A DNA stretch of 64,000 bases from Vitrella brassicaformis CCMP3155 (taxonomy: Eukaryota > Protista > Chromerida), in the NCBI GenBank assembly GCA_001179505.1, contig CDMY01000392.1, forward strand, positions 24,883-88,882, given 5' to 3'. Both the position numbers and the translations under genes were made by a program. Position 1 is the stretch's first letter; every line of letters starts with the position of its first letter. Below the pieces are notes generated by a model. That model was given only the letters and a program-made list of their open reading frames with translations, was not told the origin of the DNA and ran no database searches. Positions 50,060 through 60,830 of the stretch are shown here, piece by piece.

Positions 50060-51470
50060 TCGGGCCTTTTGTACACGCCCCTCACGCCTGTTGCGTGTCC
50101 GATCAAGTGGTCACGCGACACACGTGGAGGGTGGCTGTGGGAGAGGCCGACGTGAGCGGGGTGGGCAGGAGGCAACAAGCGGCGGTGTTAACATGGGCTA
50201 TCTATCATGCGTCATAAGGATTGACCTTGTGCGAAAGAAATGTCATGCACCGGCTGTCGCTGTCTCACACACGCGGTGGCAACGGAGAAGTGTGAGGCGT
50301 GGTTGGCTCTCATGTTTCTCCGTTGCCGCGGTGTGTGCAAGACAGCAGCAGACGGACGGCGGACTGTGACTGGCTGACTGAGTGTAAGACAGACAATGCC
50401 TCGTGTGTCGTGTTTTCCACCATGTCCTGCCCGCCTCAGTGCATCACTTGGCTGCGGCACAGGTCAATGCACATTTCACAACACTGGAGTGTTGTGTGTG
50501 TGTTGCCGTGATCGGCGGCCCCTGTGCGACGAGCGCGCGCGCGCGTGTGTTGCCGTGATCGGCGGCCCCTGTGCGACGAGCGCTGAGGAAGACAGAAAGG
50601 ATAACACGTTTTTCTGTGAGCGTTGATATCTCTGCGTTGGTTTGTGTGCATACAATGGGATGGATGAGAGGATTCTGTCGGCCCGAACAGACAAACAGCG
50701 TCTGTATAATGCGACTTCAGTCATGCTCACGGTCATAGAACAACACACCGGTCAGTTCCTTCCTCCCAGTCAGCACACACACACACACACACACGCTACT
50801 TTCACACACACCAGCACTAGCACAGTGTTGCAGAAAGGCGCCCTCGCATCGATCAGAGAGGCGTTCTCGTACATTCAGCCATCCATTCAGCCGCCCCCTG
50901 TTGCTGTCTTGCCCTCACCGTGGCAACGGAGAAACATGAGAACCAACCAAGCCTCACACTTCCCCGTTGCCACTCTCGAGGACAGACAACCACAGTCGGA
51001 GCACTACTTTCGTTTCGTTACACTCACACCAAGGTAGCAAGCAGACAAGCAGCCATAGACAATACGAGCCAGCCCTTGCTCTCTCTCTTTCTCGGACACT
51101 CACCCTCAGTCGGCCAGCCACAGTCAGCCGGCGGTCTGTTGCTGTCCTGCCCGCCCCATGGCAAAGGAGAAACACGAGAACCAATCAAGACTCACATTTC
51201 ACCGTTCCCGTGGGGGGTTGCAAGACAGCCGCAGTCGGGGGACTGCTCTACTGTCCTTTCGGACACATTCACACAAATGCAGCAGCAGCAGCAAGCCAAG
51301 TACACAGTGAGTGGGTATACACAACACAAGAAAGCCCTTTCTCTCTTGCCTGCTGCTCACATATGCCTCTCTCGCCCCCGCCCTCCACGTGTGTTGCGTG
51401 ACCACTCCATGGGCGAGGCAACAAACGTAGAGAAGAACGGCAAGAGAGGCAGATGTGTGCGCAGGAACGC
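50060..51470. repeat. Degenerate foldback/inverted repeat containing three copies of a ~55-nt hairpin unit
   Basis: Arms at ~50060-50400 and ~51100-51470 are reverse-complementary; 50106-50131 vs 51381-51406 match at 25/26. Hairpin units lie at 50278-50327 (inverted), 50920-50973 and ~51158-51209. Confidence 0.7.
50496..50583. repeat. ~46-nt tandem duplication in the foldback loop
   Basis: gtgtgttgccgtgatcggcggcccctgtgcgacgagcgc x2, separated by a (GC)n run. Confidence 0.85.
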
Positions 51471-52073
51471 AGAAACAGGTAGTACACAATCGCTCGATCA
51501 CACACACAGGACAGCGCAGCACTCGTGTAAGTACGGCCCCTCCCTCCCTCCCTCCTCGTCGCCTCAGTGGGCTGCATCCTTCTGCTGGTCCCCAGCAGGC
51601 AGATCTGCATGAATGACACACTTATGGGCTCGGTGCTCTGCACACGTCTGGGCGCACGTCTGGCGTACCTCATGGGCGTGCGTCGCCACGGTGCCTTCAT
51701 CGGTCAGGATGCACTGGTGCACGTGCGTGCAGGCCGCCCACGCATCACCGCCCTCACCGGGCGGCCGTCTGCTTGCGGCATTCGCGCGCTTCCTTCCACC
51801 AGAGGGGCCCCGAAGATTCCGCCACTCCAGTGTTGTCAGGCTCTTGCTCGACGGTCACACAGCACCTGCTCGAAGGTAATCTGCTCAGTCCACACACATC
51901 AGCAGAGAGGGAGAGAAACGGCAGACATGGATGTAGAGGCACATAACACTCACAATCTGAGTCCATCTGCATGTGGGATCTTTCAATCGTACCCATGACG
52001 GAGGGATCTTTGATGAGGGCGGCCTCAGGGAGGTCGGGGAAAACGAACGCTCCCGTCCACCAAGCTCGCAGAG

Positions 52074-52094
52074 AAACCCTAAACCCTGAACCCT
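52074..52094. repeat. Telomere-type heptamers AAACCCT AAACCCT GAACCCT
   Basis: Three tandem heptamers 33 nt upstream of the SPR ATG. Confidence 0.8.
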
Positions 52095-52127
52095 CCCAAC
52101 ACGCTATTTTCACACTTCTCAATCACC

Positions 52128-52501
52128 ATGGCCGATCAGCAAGGCAAGACGCTCGTCGTCGTCACGGGTGCGTCCCGCGGCCTCGGCAAAGCCATTGTCG
52201 TGGAAATAGCCAAGGCGCTCAGCAACTCTCCGGCACACAAGAAGACGCACTTTCTGCTCATCGGACGGGTAAGTCAGCCAACAACAGACAGATCCGGCAC
52301 TGGCTGAATGCAAACACGAGGAATGTGCCTCATCTGCGCGTGTGTGTGTGTTGTTTGTGTGTGGCTGCAGGACACAGATGGGATGGAGCAGACGTGGCAG
52401 GAGGCGCAGGACGGCATTGCAGAAGACGCACAACTGACGGTGGCCATCCACAGGTAACAGATAGACAGACAGACAGACAGACATCAGGCCACCTGCTCTC
52501 A

Positions 52502-52536
<35 letters not shown>

Positions 52537-53419
52537 TGCAGGTGTGACTTGGCTGGCCCGTTGGAGGACGTCGGCAGGGCTTTCGACGCCATCCTCTCGT
52601 CCGAGTGGGCAGTATCAGGCCCCTTCCACCAAGTGTAAGGCGCCCACTCTCTCTCTCTCCAACCGACGGCAACCAAAGAGAGCGCACCTGTCCACTGTTG
52701 TCCTCTTACCATGCAGGTACTTCATCCACAACTCGGCCAACACGGGCCCTCTCGACAGCATCCGCGACATCTCTCCGGCCGAGATCCGCACCAACCTGCT
52801 CTTCAACATCGGCTCGCCCTTCCTCCTCACCAGCCGGCTGCTGCGGTTCGTCGCACCGAATGACGGCGCCGCCCCGCCACGCGCCAAGAGGCTGCGGATC
52901 GTCAACATCAGCTCCCTCGCAGCCAAGGTTGCGATTCCCGCATTTGGTCTGTACTGCATGGGCAAGGCGGCGAGGGACATGCTGATGCTCCAGGTGGCCG
53001 CTGAGGAGAAGGGCACCACGGAATGCGATGTCAAGACACTCAGCTATGCGCCAGGTGGGCGCGTGAATGCTTGTGCAGATGGGGGACAGACAGATGTAGA
53101 CCACTGTGTGTGTGGTGTGATTGGTGTGTGCAGGTCCGATGCGGACGGCCATGACTGAGCCTATGTTTGAGGGCAAGTGTGCGTCAGAGTCGATGATCCA
53201 GTCCTTCAGGGACATGGAGAAAAACAACACGCTCGTCGACCCATGTAGGTGCGCCCCCCTCCCCTAACACACACCCAATCTCACTCTGTGTGTGTGTGTG
53301 TAGATGTGAGTTCCCGCAAGATGGTGAGGCTGCTGCTGGAGGACAAGTACGAGGCGGGCGCCCACATCGATGTCTTTGACGAAGACACCGAGACAAATTC
53401 ACAGACGCCATCAAACTGA
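52128..53419 (+). CDS. SPR: Sepiapterin reductase
   Basis: VVVTGASRGLGKAI, LLIGR, RCDLA, FIHNSANTGPL, RIVNISSLAA, FGLYCMGKAARDMLMLQVAAEE, VKTLSYAPGPMRTAM. C-terminal YEAGAHIDVFD retains the SPR substrate-binding Asp. Confidence 0.88.
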
Positions 53420-53862
53420 CTGATCAATACAAACACACACACGTGCTGATGCCTTGTGTGTGTTTTCGGATGGACGAGAGTTTCTTTCTCCGACAGCTCA
53501 TTTGCCTGCTGTCTAGGTACCTTGCGGCTTGTGCTGAGGCAAGTCGTTTGGTTCCTGTGCAGTGGGGTGGTCGAGTGGCTGCTGGAGGAGGGAACTCTCC
53601 ATCCGGTCGATTGCACTCATGGATGTACATGTTGCTGTACAGCAGATGGATTAATGGATGCGTGTGAAGAGGTGCAATCGAGTGTTTGGTGTCCATCCAT
53701 CCATCCGTTGACATCAAGAGCACTGCATCTAATCCAATCCAACACACGCGTCACTCTCACCTGTCCACACACACACATGCAATGAGCCGGTCAATAGAAT
53801 GGATGGCCGTCAGTCCAAGACACCCACCCCCTTCTCTGTCTGCCTGTACAAGACAGGAAGGG

Positions 53863-54060
53863 AGGTGCCAAACTACGAGCCATCGAGCCAGCCAACCGTC
53901 CATCTCATCCCCGGCAACATCACGACAATGGTATGAACACGCTGCAGCCATCCAACGACACAAGGAGAGAAGGTGCCAAATTACGAGCCATCCATCCATC
54001 CATCCAATGCAGTCACGGCAACGTCACAGCAACGGCATGAACACACGCTGCAGCCATCCG
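53863..54060. repeat. Imperfect ~108-nt tandem repeat (2 copies)
   Basis: aggtgccaaa(c/t)tacgagccatc...ggcaac(a/g)tcac...atgaacac..gctgcagccatcc starting at 53863 and 53971. Confidence 0.8.
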
Positions 54061-54189
54061 TCGAGAGGCAGACAGGCAGACATGAGGCAGCCATCGAGCA
54101 GCCGACTCATGCGATTCATGCCAAGCTAGCTACACCCTGCCGCCTGCTGGCTACCACCCACCCATCCCCTTAGCGAGTAAGTTTTCTAT

Positions 54190-57016
54190 CTATCGGTCGC
54201 CCGCCGAGCCGGACTCGTCGCCCCCCGTCTCTGCCTCTCCCCCCTGAGTCGCCTCCTCTACTTCCGTGATGGATGCACCCGTGTACTGGGCGCTCTGCGC
54301 CAGGGCGGCCGCCATCCGGGGGTTCGGCTGCCCCACGCGGGCCGACGCGCGCACTGGTCTCGGGCCGTCAGGCGCCACCAGTGCGTTGTCCCTCTGGCGA
54401 ATCTGCAGCTGGATGGCTGTCGAGGGGTCCTGCGCGTGCTTGTGCCGCAGAGCCTTCAGCACGTTCTCCTCGGGATTGCTGCACCACTCCGTGGACCAGA
54501 AGTGGCCGGGAGGAGTGGGCTCAGGGAGTGGGGGCTGCATGCCGGGGATCGTGCTGGGGCGGATGATGTAGTTGCTGTCCACGCCCACGCCGATGCGCAT
54601 GAGTTTGTCGAGCTTGAGGCGGCCGCCGAAGAACGCCGGGAAGAGGCTCGCCAACGGCAACGTCAGCTGTCGCCGGCTGTCCCGCCTGCACACAGACAGA
54701 CAGACAGACAGACGACAGACGTTGGATGGATGGATGGATGGATGGACGTTCCTCCCTCCCTCCCTCCCTCCCTCTCTCCCTCCCGCCATCCCTCCCTCTC
54801 TGCCCGCCCCGCCCCGCCATCTCACCCGAGCTGAGTAGCCGACACCCTGAAACGCAGGAAGACCCAGAATACCCCGTCCTCATTGATGGCCGAGCGAGGC
54901 ACGCTGCTGGAGGTGTATAGGTAGTAGGGCTGGTCGCCTGTGGCACTCGGGGGGTGGTAGGGCTCCGCCTGGTTGGGGTCGAAGCTGATGACGCTGTCGT
55001 TGTGGACGAAGGCGTGGTGGCTCGGTGTGCTCGGAATGTCGGTGAGAATGACCACATCACCAGGAGAGCGACCTGCACACAAACACAGGCAGGCACATCG
55101 TCACACACGTCACACGTCACCCACCCACCCACCCACCTCCCCCACCGCCTCACCAGTGCTGCTTTGCAAGAGGTAGAACTCGACACAGCTGCCGTCGTGC
55201 TCGCTGCCGCTCGGCATGTCCAGGGCCATGTGTGCCGACCATGGCCCTTCTGTGAAGGAGGTGCCGGCGTCGTTGTCGGCCAACGGGAACTCGAACCTCA
55301 GCACCAGCTGCTGATAGAAGAGGACGTCATCGTGCTCCAGCTCGCACTGCACGCCCCACTCCCCACCCCTGGTCGTGCCACCCACCGGCCGTACCCCCCC
55401 ACGGATCGGCTTCATGGCCGTGAATTTGGTCGCACCACGAGCCGACACCTTGACGGAGCGGATACGGAACCCCTGCACAAAAAAGATGTCGCCCTGCTGC
55501 AGCCCTTCGAGGTTCGGCTCGGGTAGTTCTGCACGTCGACGAGGCACACCTGACCCTCATCAGCACTACGCCTGACACACAAACACAAGACACCGATGTG
55601 TCGGTCCCCTCTCTCTGCTCCATCCATGCATCCATCTGCCTTGCGCTTACTTGACGAAGTACTGCTCCATATGAGTGTTGTTCATCTCTACCAGCAGCTG
55701 CACCGACCGCGACGCGGAGTGCGGGTGGGCGGGGTGGCCCCCCGTCGTGCACAGGTGGTCAGGCCGCACATGCTCCTTGGCGATGGTGAGCATGCCGCCT
55801 GAGAAGCACGGCCGATGGTACCGCTTCCACGAGAAGTTGACGGGCTCGTAGGTAGGGGGGTCGGTGCTCCAGTCTCCGATGAAGACGGCCGACGGCTTCT
55901 TCGTTAGGTCGACAGTCATGACGTCACGGCGGCGGTCGTAGTCGAACGAGTCGCGGCTCGACCCTCCATCGTGGACGTCGCAGTAGCCCTTGATCCGCAG
56001 AGAAACGGGCGTGCAGACATCGAGAACCGAGCAATAGCCGACGTCCATCTCGTGCCCGATGGCGTACATCTCGCTGAGAGTGTGGGGTGGCCGCTCGAGG
56101 ACCTCGTGGATGAACTCGCGCCGAGGCGTCCACTCGTCAGCATCGTCAGCTGCGTTGCTGCTGCCGCTTCTGGGACAGCACGACGGCCTTAGGAGCTTCC
56201 ATGGATCCGACATGCCTGCTGCAGTCACACCTCGAGCTATACGACCTACACGACCTGAACACGAAACACACACACACACACGGGGGCATCCATCCATCCA
56301 CCCATCCATCCAACTTACGTGCGAAGTTGACCACCGAGTCCTCCGATCTGGTGACGATGGTGGTGCGCCACTCGGGCGGCAGCTCCAACATCAGCTGCTG
56401 CACCTTCACCTCCCCCTCCCCCTCCCCCTCCCACCCAATCTCTATCTTGTTCACCACGTACCCCACCACCCTGTCCCTGATGGCCTTGTCGTCCTTCATG
56501 GTCGGCTTCTCACGCAGCATGAAGGCCAACACGCCGGGCAGGGGCAGGGGCATGCACCCTCGATGCGTCGAAGCGCTCCATGATGCGGCTCACCAGCAGG
56601 TCGGCGTAGTTGTCCATCTCGAGGTAGTTGCAGGCGGACCACAGGTGCTGCAGGCCCGTCTTGGCCGCCTCGTCGCCCTACTGGTCCGCCTCGTCGTCCC
56701 ACTGGTCCCATTTGTCGTCCGACTGGTCCGCTGCCGGCAGCAGGGTGGCTTCGGGGATGTTGCGGATGTACTCCTCGACCGTGCGGGTATCGGCGCTGCC
56801 GTGCAGCGTGGCGAATGTGCTGATGTGCCGGAATGTGTTGGGGTGAATGTTGGGCAGGGAGATCGTGTGGGTCTCCCGCTCAGTGCAGGCCATTTCGCCC
56901 TCCAACATGCGCTCGAAGTGCGGCGACACAGTGACGAGCAGCGACTTCTTCTCGTAGAAGACCTCCTTCTTGAGGCCGACAATGAGCTTCACCAAGCCGT
57001 CCTCCTCATGCGCCAT
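54190..57016 (-). pseudogene. BTB/POZ-domain gene, long paralog, with in-frame TAG and frameshift
   Basis: BTB domain: VKLIVGLKKEVFYEKKSLLVTVSPHFERMLEGEMACTERETHTISLPNIHPNTF. TAG at 56678-56680, then KTGLQHLWSACNYLEMDNYADLL. Frame change near 56540-56575 before GVLAFMLREKP. Four further coding-like exons run to 54190. Confidence 0.7.
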
Positions 57017-57285
57017 CCTGAGGCTGAGCTACTCCGTCAGACGATACAGACCTGCAGGCAGCCACCAACCACAGCAGCAACGACATCCATCCATCCATCA
57101 AACGTCACGCATTCGTTGCCCACCCTTGGCGAGATGTTGCCGTCGTGGTTCGATATCAGCAGCAGTACTGTGGCCTCTGTCTTTCAGCTATATAGGCTCC
57201 TCTTCCAGCCGAGAGGCGGCACGGGAGCGATGGGCAGGCCGCAATGTCGTCAAAACAGAGGGCGGGCGGCTGATTCACTCATCAG
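57017..57285 (-). promoter_or_regulatory. Duplicated upstream/5'UTR block of the BTB genes, copy 1
   Basis: Aligns with 62921-63212. A 39-nt stretch is identical (57172-57210 vs 63082-63120) and contains TATATAG. A probable 5'UTR intron is present. Confidence 0.65.
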
Positions 57286-57932
57286 AAGCCGCGAAAACAC
57301 CTTCCTGCCCATCCTACGCTTCCCGTCTTCTCCTCTTGCTCAAGAGTTGCGGTAGGGAGCTCAAGAGTAGAGTTGCGAGCCAAGTTGCGAGCTTAGAAGA
57401 GGCAAGGGAAACGCGCTGGTCTTTCACCGCGCTTTCTCCCTCGCCGGCCTCTTTCTCAGCAGGCTGTTGGCGTCAGTGAAAGCTATATGGCTCAGCATTG
57501 AGGAATCTCTCAGCCGCATGCATCGGTTCGCTCGAGCGCCTCTCTCATCCGACGCTGCTGCTGACAGACGGACATCGCAGAGCCCACTCACTCATTCGTC
57601 GGCCATTCGGCGTCAGGTCTGTGTCACTGATTGGCATGTGCGTGCAGCAGCATGGCGAAAGAGCGGTCAGAATGGACGGAATCTGTGCTTTGCTTTTTCT
57701 TCTTTGCTTTGCTTTGCTTGTGTGTGAGTGACTGCAGATCGGTCGGCGCCTTGACAGCTTGAGGAATCAATGACCGACCAGACCAGCTGGTCACTGGCGG
57801 GTGAGCACCACGAGAGACTCACTCGTTGACGGCTGGCACATCAATCACACCACGGTGTTTGTGTCTGTGCTGTGCTGTGTTGTGCAGGTGTTCGCTCGTT
57901 GTGGTGAGTGAGTGATTGACACATAGCACACT

Positions 57933-60830
57933 ATGATGAACCAACAGGCGGCGGCTGCAGGTGAGCTGAAGGCAGGCACCACCACACACACAGACACACA
58001 CACATACGCATGACGGCCCATCGATGTGTGTGTGTGTGTGTGTGTCAGCCGCTCAAGGTGGCGGTTTGCTCGGCAGCGACGCGCAAGTAGATGAGTCGGT
58101 CAGTCACTGCAACGAACGAAAGGCCTCCCATTAGACAAGCGTCACCGCTTGATTGTGTTGCCTCGCTCTCTGTGTGTGTGTTTAGGTTGGTGTGCTGCGC
58201 AACATCTCCGACACTCTCACTATGCTAGAGGGACTACACTCACAGGTAGCTCTCTCTCTGTCACCTGCGGCACAAACACACCACATCAGCCATGCCTTCG
58301 CTATTTGGGTGTTCTGTGTGTGTGTGTGACAGGGGCCGCCAGAGGCACTCAACTACCTGGCGACGAAGGCCGCGGTGAGCGACCTGAGAGGGATGTGTGA
58401 GTGTGACATGTGTGAGTGAATGCGGCATGTGTGTGTGTGTGTGTGTGTGTGCGCGCAGGAGTCGCCCATGAGAGCATCTCGAGTCAAGATGGCCAACGGT
58501 GCGCTCTCGAAGCTCTTCGCGTCCATGGAGGCTTACAAGTCTGCCGTGTCGGATCTCAAAGGATTGGCTCTGGTGGGTGGGCAACAGTGGATGGATGCTA
58601 TGTGTTCATCTTGCCCTCTGTGGATGCGTGTGTGTGATTGATGCGATGCGATGTGTGCAGCTGGAGGGCAACTTCAAGAAGTTCGCACTCAAGAAGACTA
58701 CCGTACCAAATGAGAAGAAGGTACACACTGCATGTGGGCCTGCTGAGTCTTAGCGTCACTATGCGGGCCGGCGTGCGGTGATGTCTGCAGGGTCAGGTCG
58801 GTGCCGAGAGCTCGCTGGGCGATCCCGCGGCGGCGTCGTCCGCTGCCGCTGCTGCTGGTGGTGCTGGTGCTGGTGCTGGTGGTGGTGGTGCTGGTGCTGG
58901 TGGTGGTGCTGGTGCTGGTGCTGGTGCTGGTGCTGGTGCCGTCCCCTCCAACCCCCACTTGTTCGTGCAGCGGCTGTACGGCCTGCCACCGGAGCTCCAC
59001 CACACACTCGCCAAATTGATCGGTCCAGAGGGCCAGGAGGCCACCACCCTCGCTCGGATCGGCAACACCATGGCCAGCACGTCACACGCCGGCAGCAGTG
59101 CAGTCGAGACCGCCGTGACGTCGGCCATCGACGGCCTTATCAAGAGGAAGGGACCGGAGAACATCATCGACTACCGACCGCTGCGTCAGTCCACCAGTCG
59201 CCGTCGTGTGGTTCGGCTGATCCGCCTGCGGTACGTGCTGGAGGTTGGGGGGGACTGGTCGGGCAGTGTGCCGCTGCTGCGGCTTGCCAAGAACCTCAAG
59301 CGGATCCAAGAGCTGCCCCTCCAGCTGGACGAGGGCGATGTGGGGCGGGCGGGCACTAAGGAGGACATCGACAGCCGACCGGCGAGCATGCGGCAATATG
59401 GCCTCTTCGGAGATCGACTAGATGGCGACTTGGGGCTGATACGGGGGGCGTTGGGTGAGGGGCTGGGTGGGTGGAGGGTGAGGGTGCACACACCTGAGAC
59501 AGTGCCGGGCGAGTACAGAGATACCTTCGACCCCAACGACCCTGCTTGTCAACGTAAGAGGCATCAACAGGTGTCGTGCTCCCTTTTTGATGTCTGTCTG
59601 TCTGTCTGTCTGGCTGTCTGGCTGTCTGCAGACGACGTTGACGAGTATCGTAGCTTCCGCGAGATGGTCACTATTCGGTGGGCAACCAACACACTAAGGC
59701 AGCGTGTCGCATTCCGTGCCTTCTCTCTTTTGATCTTCTAGCATCCTCTTCTCCTATGAGCTAGAGGGGGACAGTGTGACGGTGGCACGTGCCTCGGATC
59801 CTCCGTCGTCTGCTGCCTCCTCCCGCATCGGTGAGCTCACCGCCCAGCGCCCCGGGACGCCACTGTGGGGCACGCGCACCCTCGGCAGCACCGCCAGAGG
59901 CCGATACGTCGCCTTTGCGGCATACTTGCACACGTGCAAGGTCCACCGGGAGGCATCCATCGGCCTTTACAGCACTGAGAGGCCCCAGGGCGACGGTGTC
60001 GCAGGCAGGCCCAGCGGCCGCACCATCCGCAGCACCAGCGAATGGGGCTTCACAAGCCGATGCGTCCTCTTCCGTGGTGACGGACCAGACGACGCCTTCG
60101 CGGCATACTTGCGCATGAGCAAGTTCCACCTGGAGGCATCCATCGGCCTTTACAGCACTGGGGAGCCCCAGGGCGACGACATTCCCCAGGCGGCGGCCCT
60201 GGCTCGCACGCGTATGGGCAGCGACTCATGGCTGATCCCGGACCTCAACCAGGCGATTCCCACAGGTCCGCACGAGTGGGAGTGAGGGAGGGCCAATAAG
60301 CCTACTTGTTGGTTGGTTCAGATGGCTGCGATGGTGGTGGTGGTGATGAGAGTGGAAGCCACTCTACAGGTGGACCCTCGCCAGGCATGGTAAGCAGAAT
60401 GGCTTGTCGAGGGTGCACCTGTTGGTGTCATCTGCTCTGCGTGTGTGTCTCTGTGTGTATGTCAGGAGGCCACTGCTGCTGCTGCTGCTGCTGCTGCAGT
60501 ACCACAGGCCAACAAACGAACTCACGATGTGAGCCACGCGTGACCTCAATCATTTTGTCTCGTCCCATGCAGTGAGTGTGAATGTGTTGGTTGACCATGT
60601 GTGTGTCAGGACTTCATGACCCACCCCCACGAGCGGCAGCCGGAGTGCCCCCCGCCATACACTGTGGGTGATGCTGTGCCAGTTGGTGGTGTGACTGGTC
60701 CTCTCTCGCACGCATCGGACCTCCTGCAGCCTGGCAGCGGCAGCCGTGGCAGTGGGGTGGAGGTGGGCAACGCGGCGGATGCCATGGACACGGAGAAGCC
60801 AATGGAAGTTGACGAGCCAATGGCATCTGA
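57933..60830 (+). CDS. Lineage-specific F-box-like protein with internal 61-aa repeat and a borrowed C-terminal exon module
   Basis: In-phase exons run from MMNQQAAAA through LFVQRLYGLPPELHHTLAKLI (F-box-like), RLRYVLEVGGDWSGSVPLLRLAK and MVTIR|ILFSYELEGDSV to NQAIPT. They then plausibly continue |DGCDGG..GM|EATAAA..NKRTHD|DFMTHP..MASD*. An alternative stop lies at 60285. Confidence 0.55.

Noticed and set aside
50496-50583. Direct repeats as a CRISPR-like array (also 32184-32249, 46907-46948, 53863-54060, 56666-56728)
   Set aside because: Only 2-3 adjacent copies, no unique spacers, no cas genes, and a eukaryotic context; they are simple tandem duplications.
50920-51000. Hairpin unit as an H/ACA snoRNA
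   Set aside because: An ANANNA-like box (agacaa) follows only one of three copies, and no second hairpin with an ACA tail is conserved.
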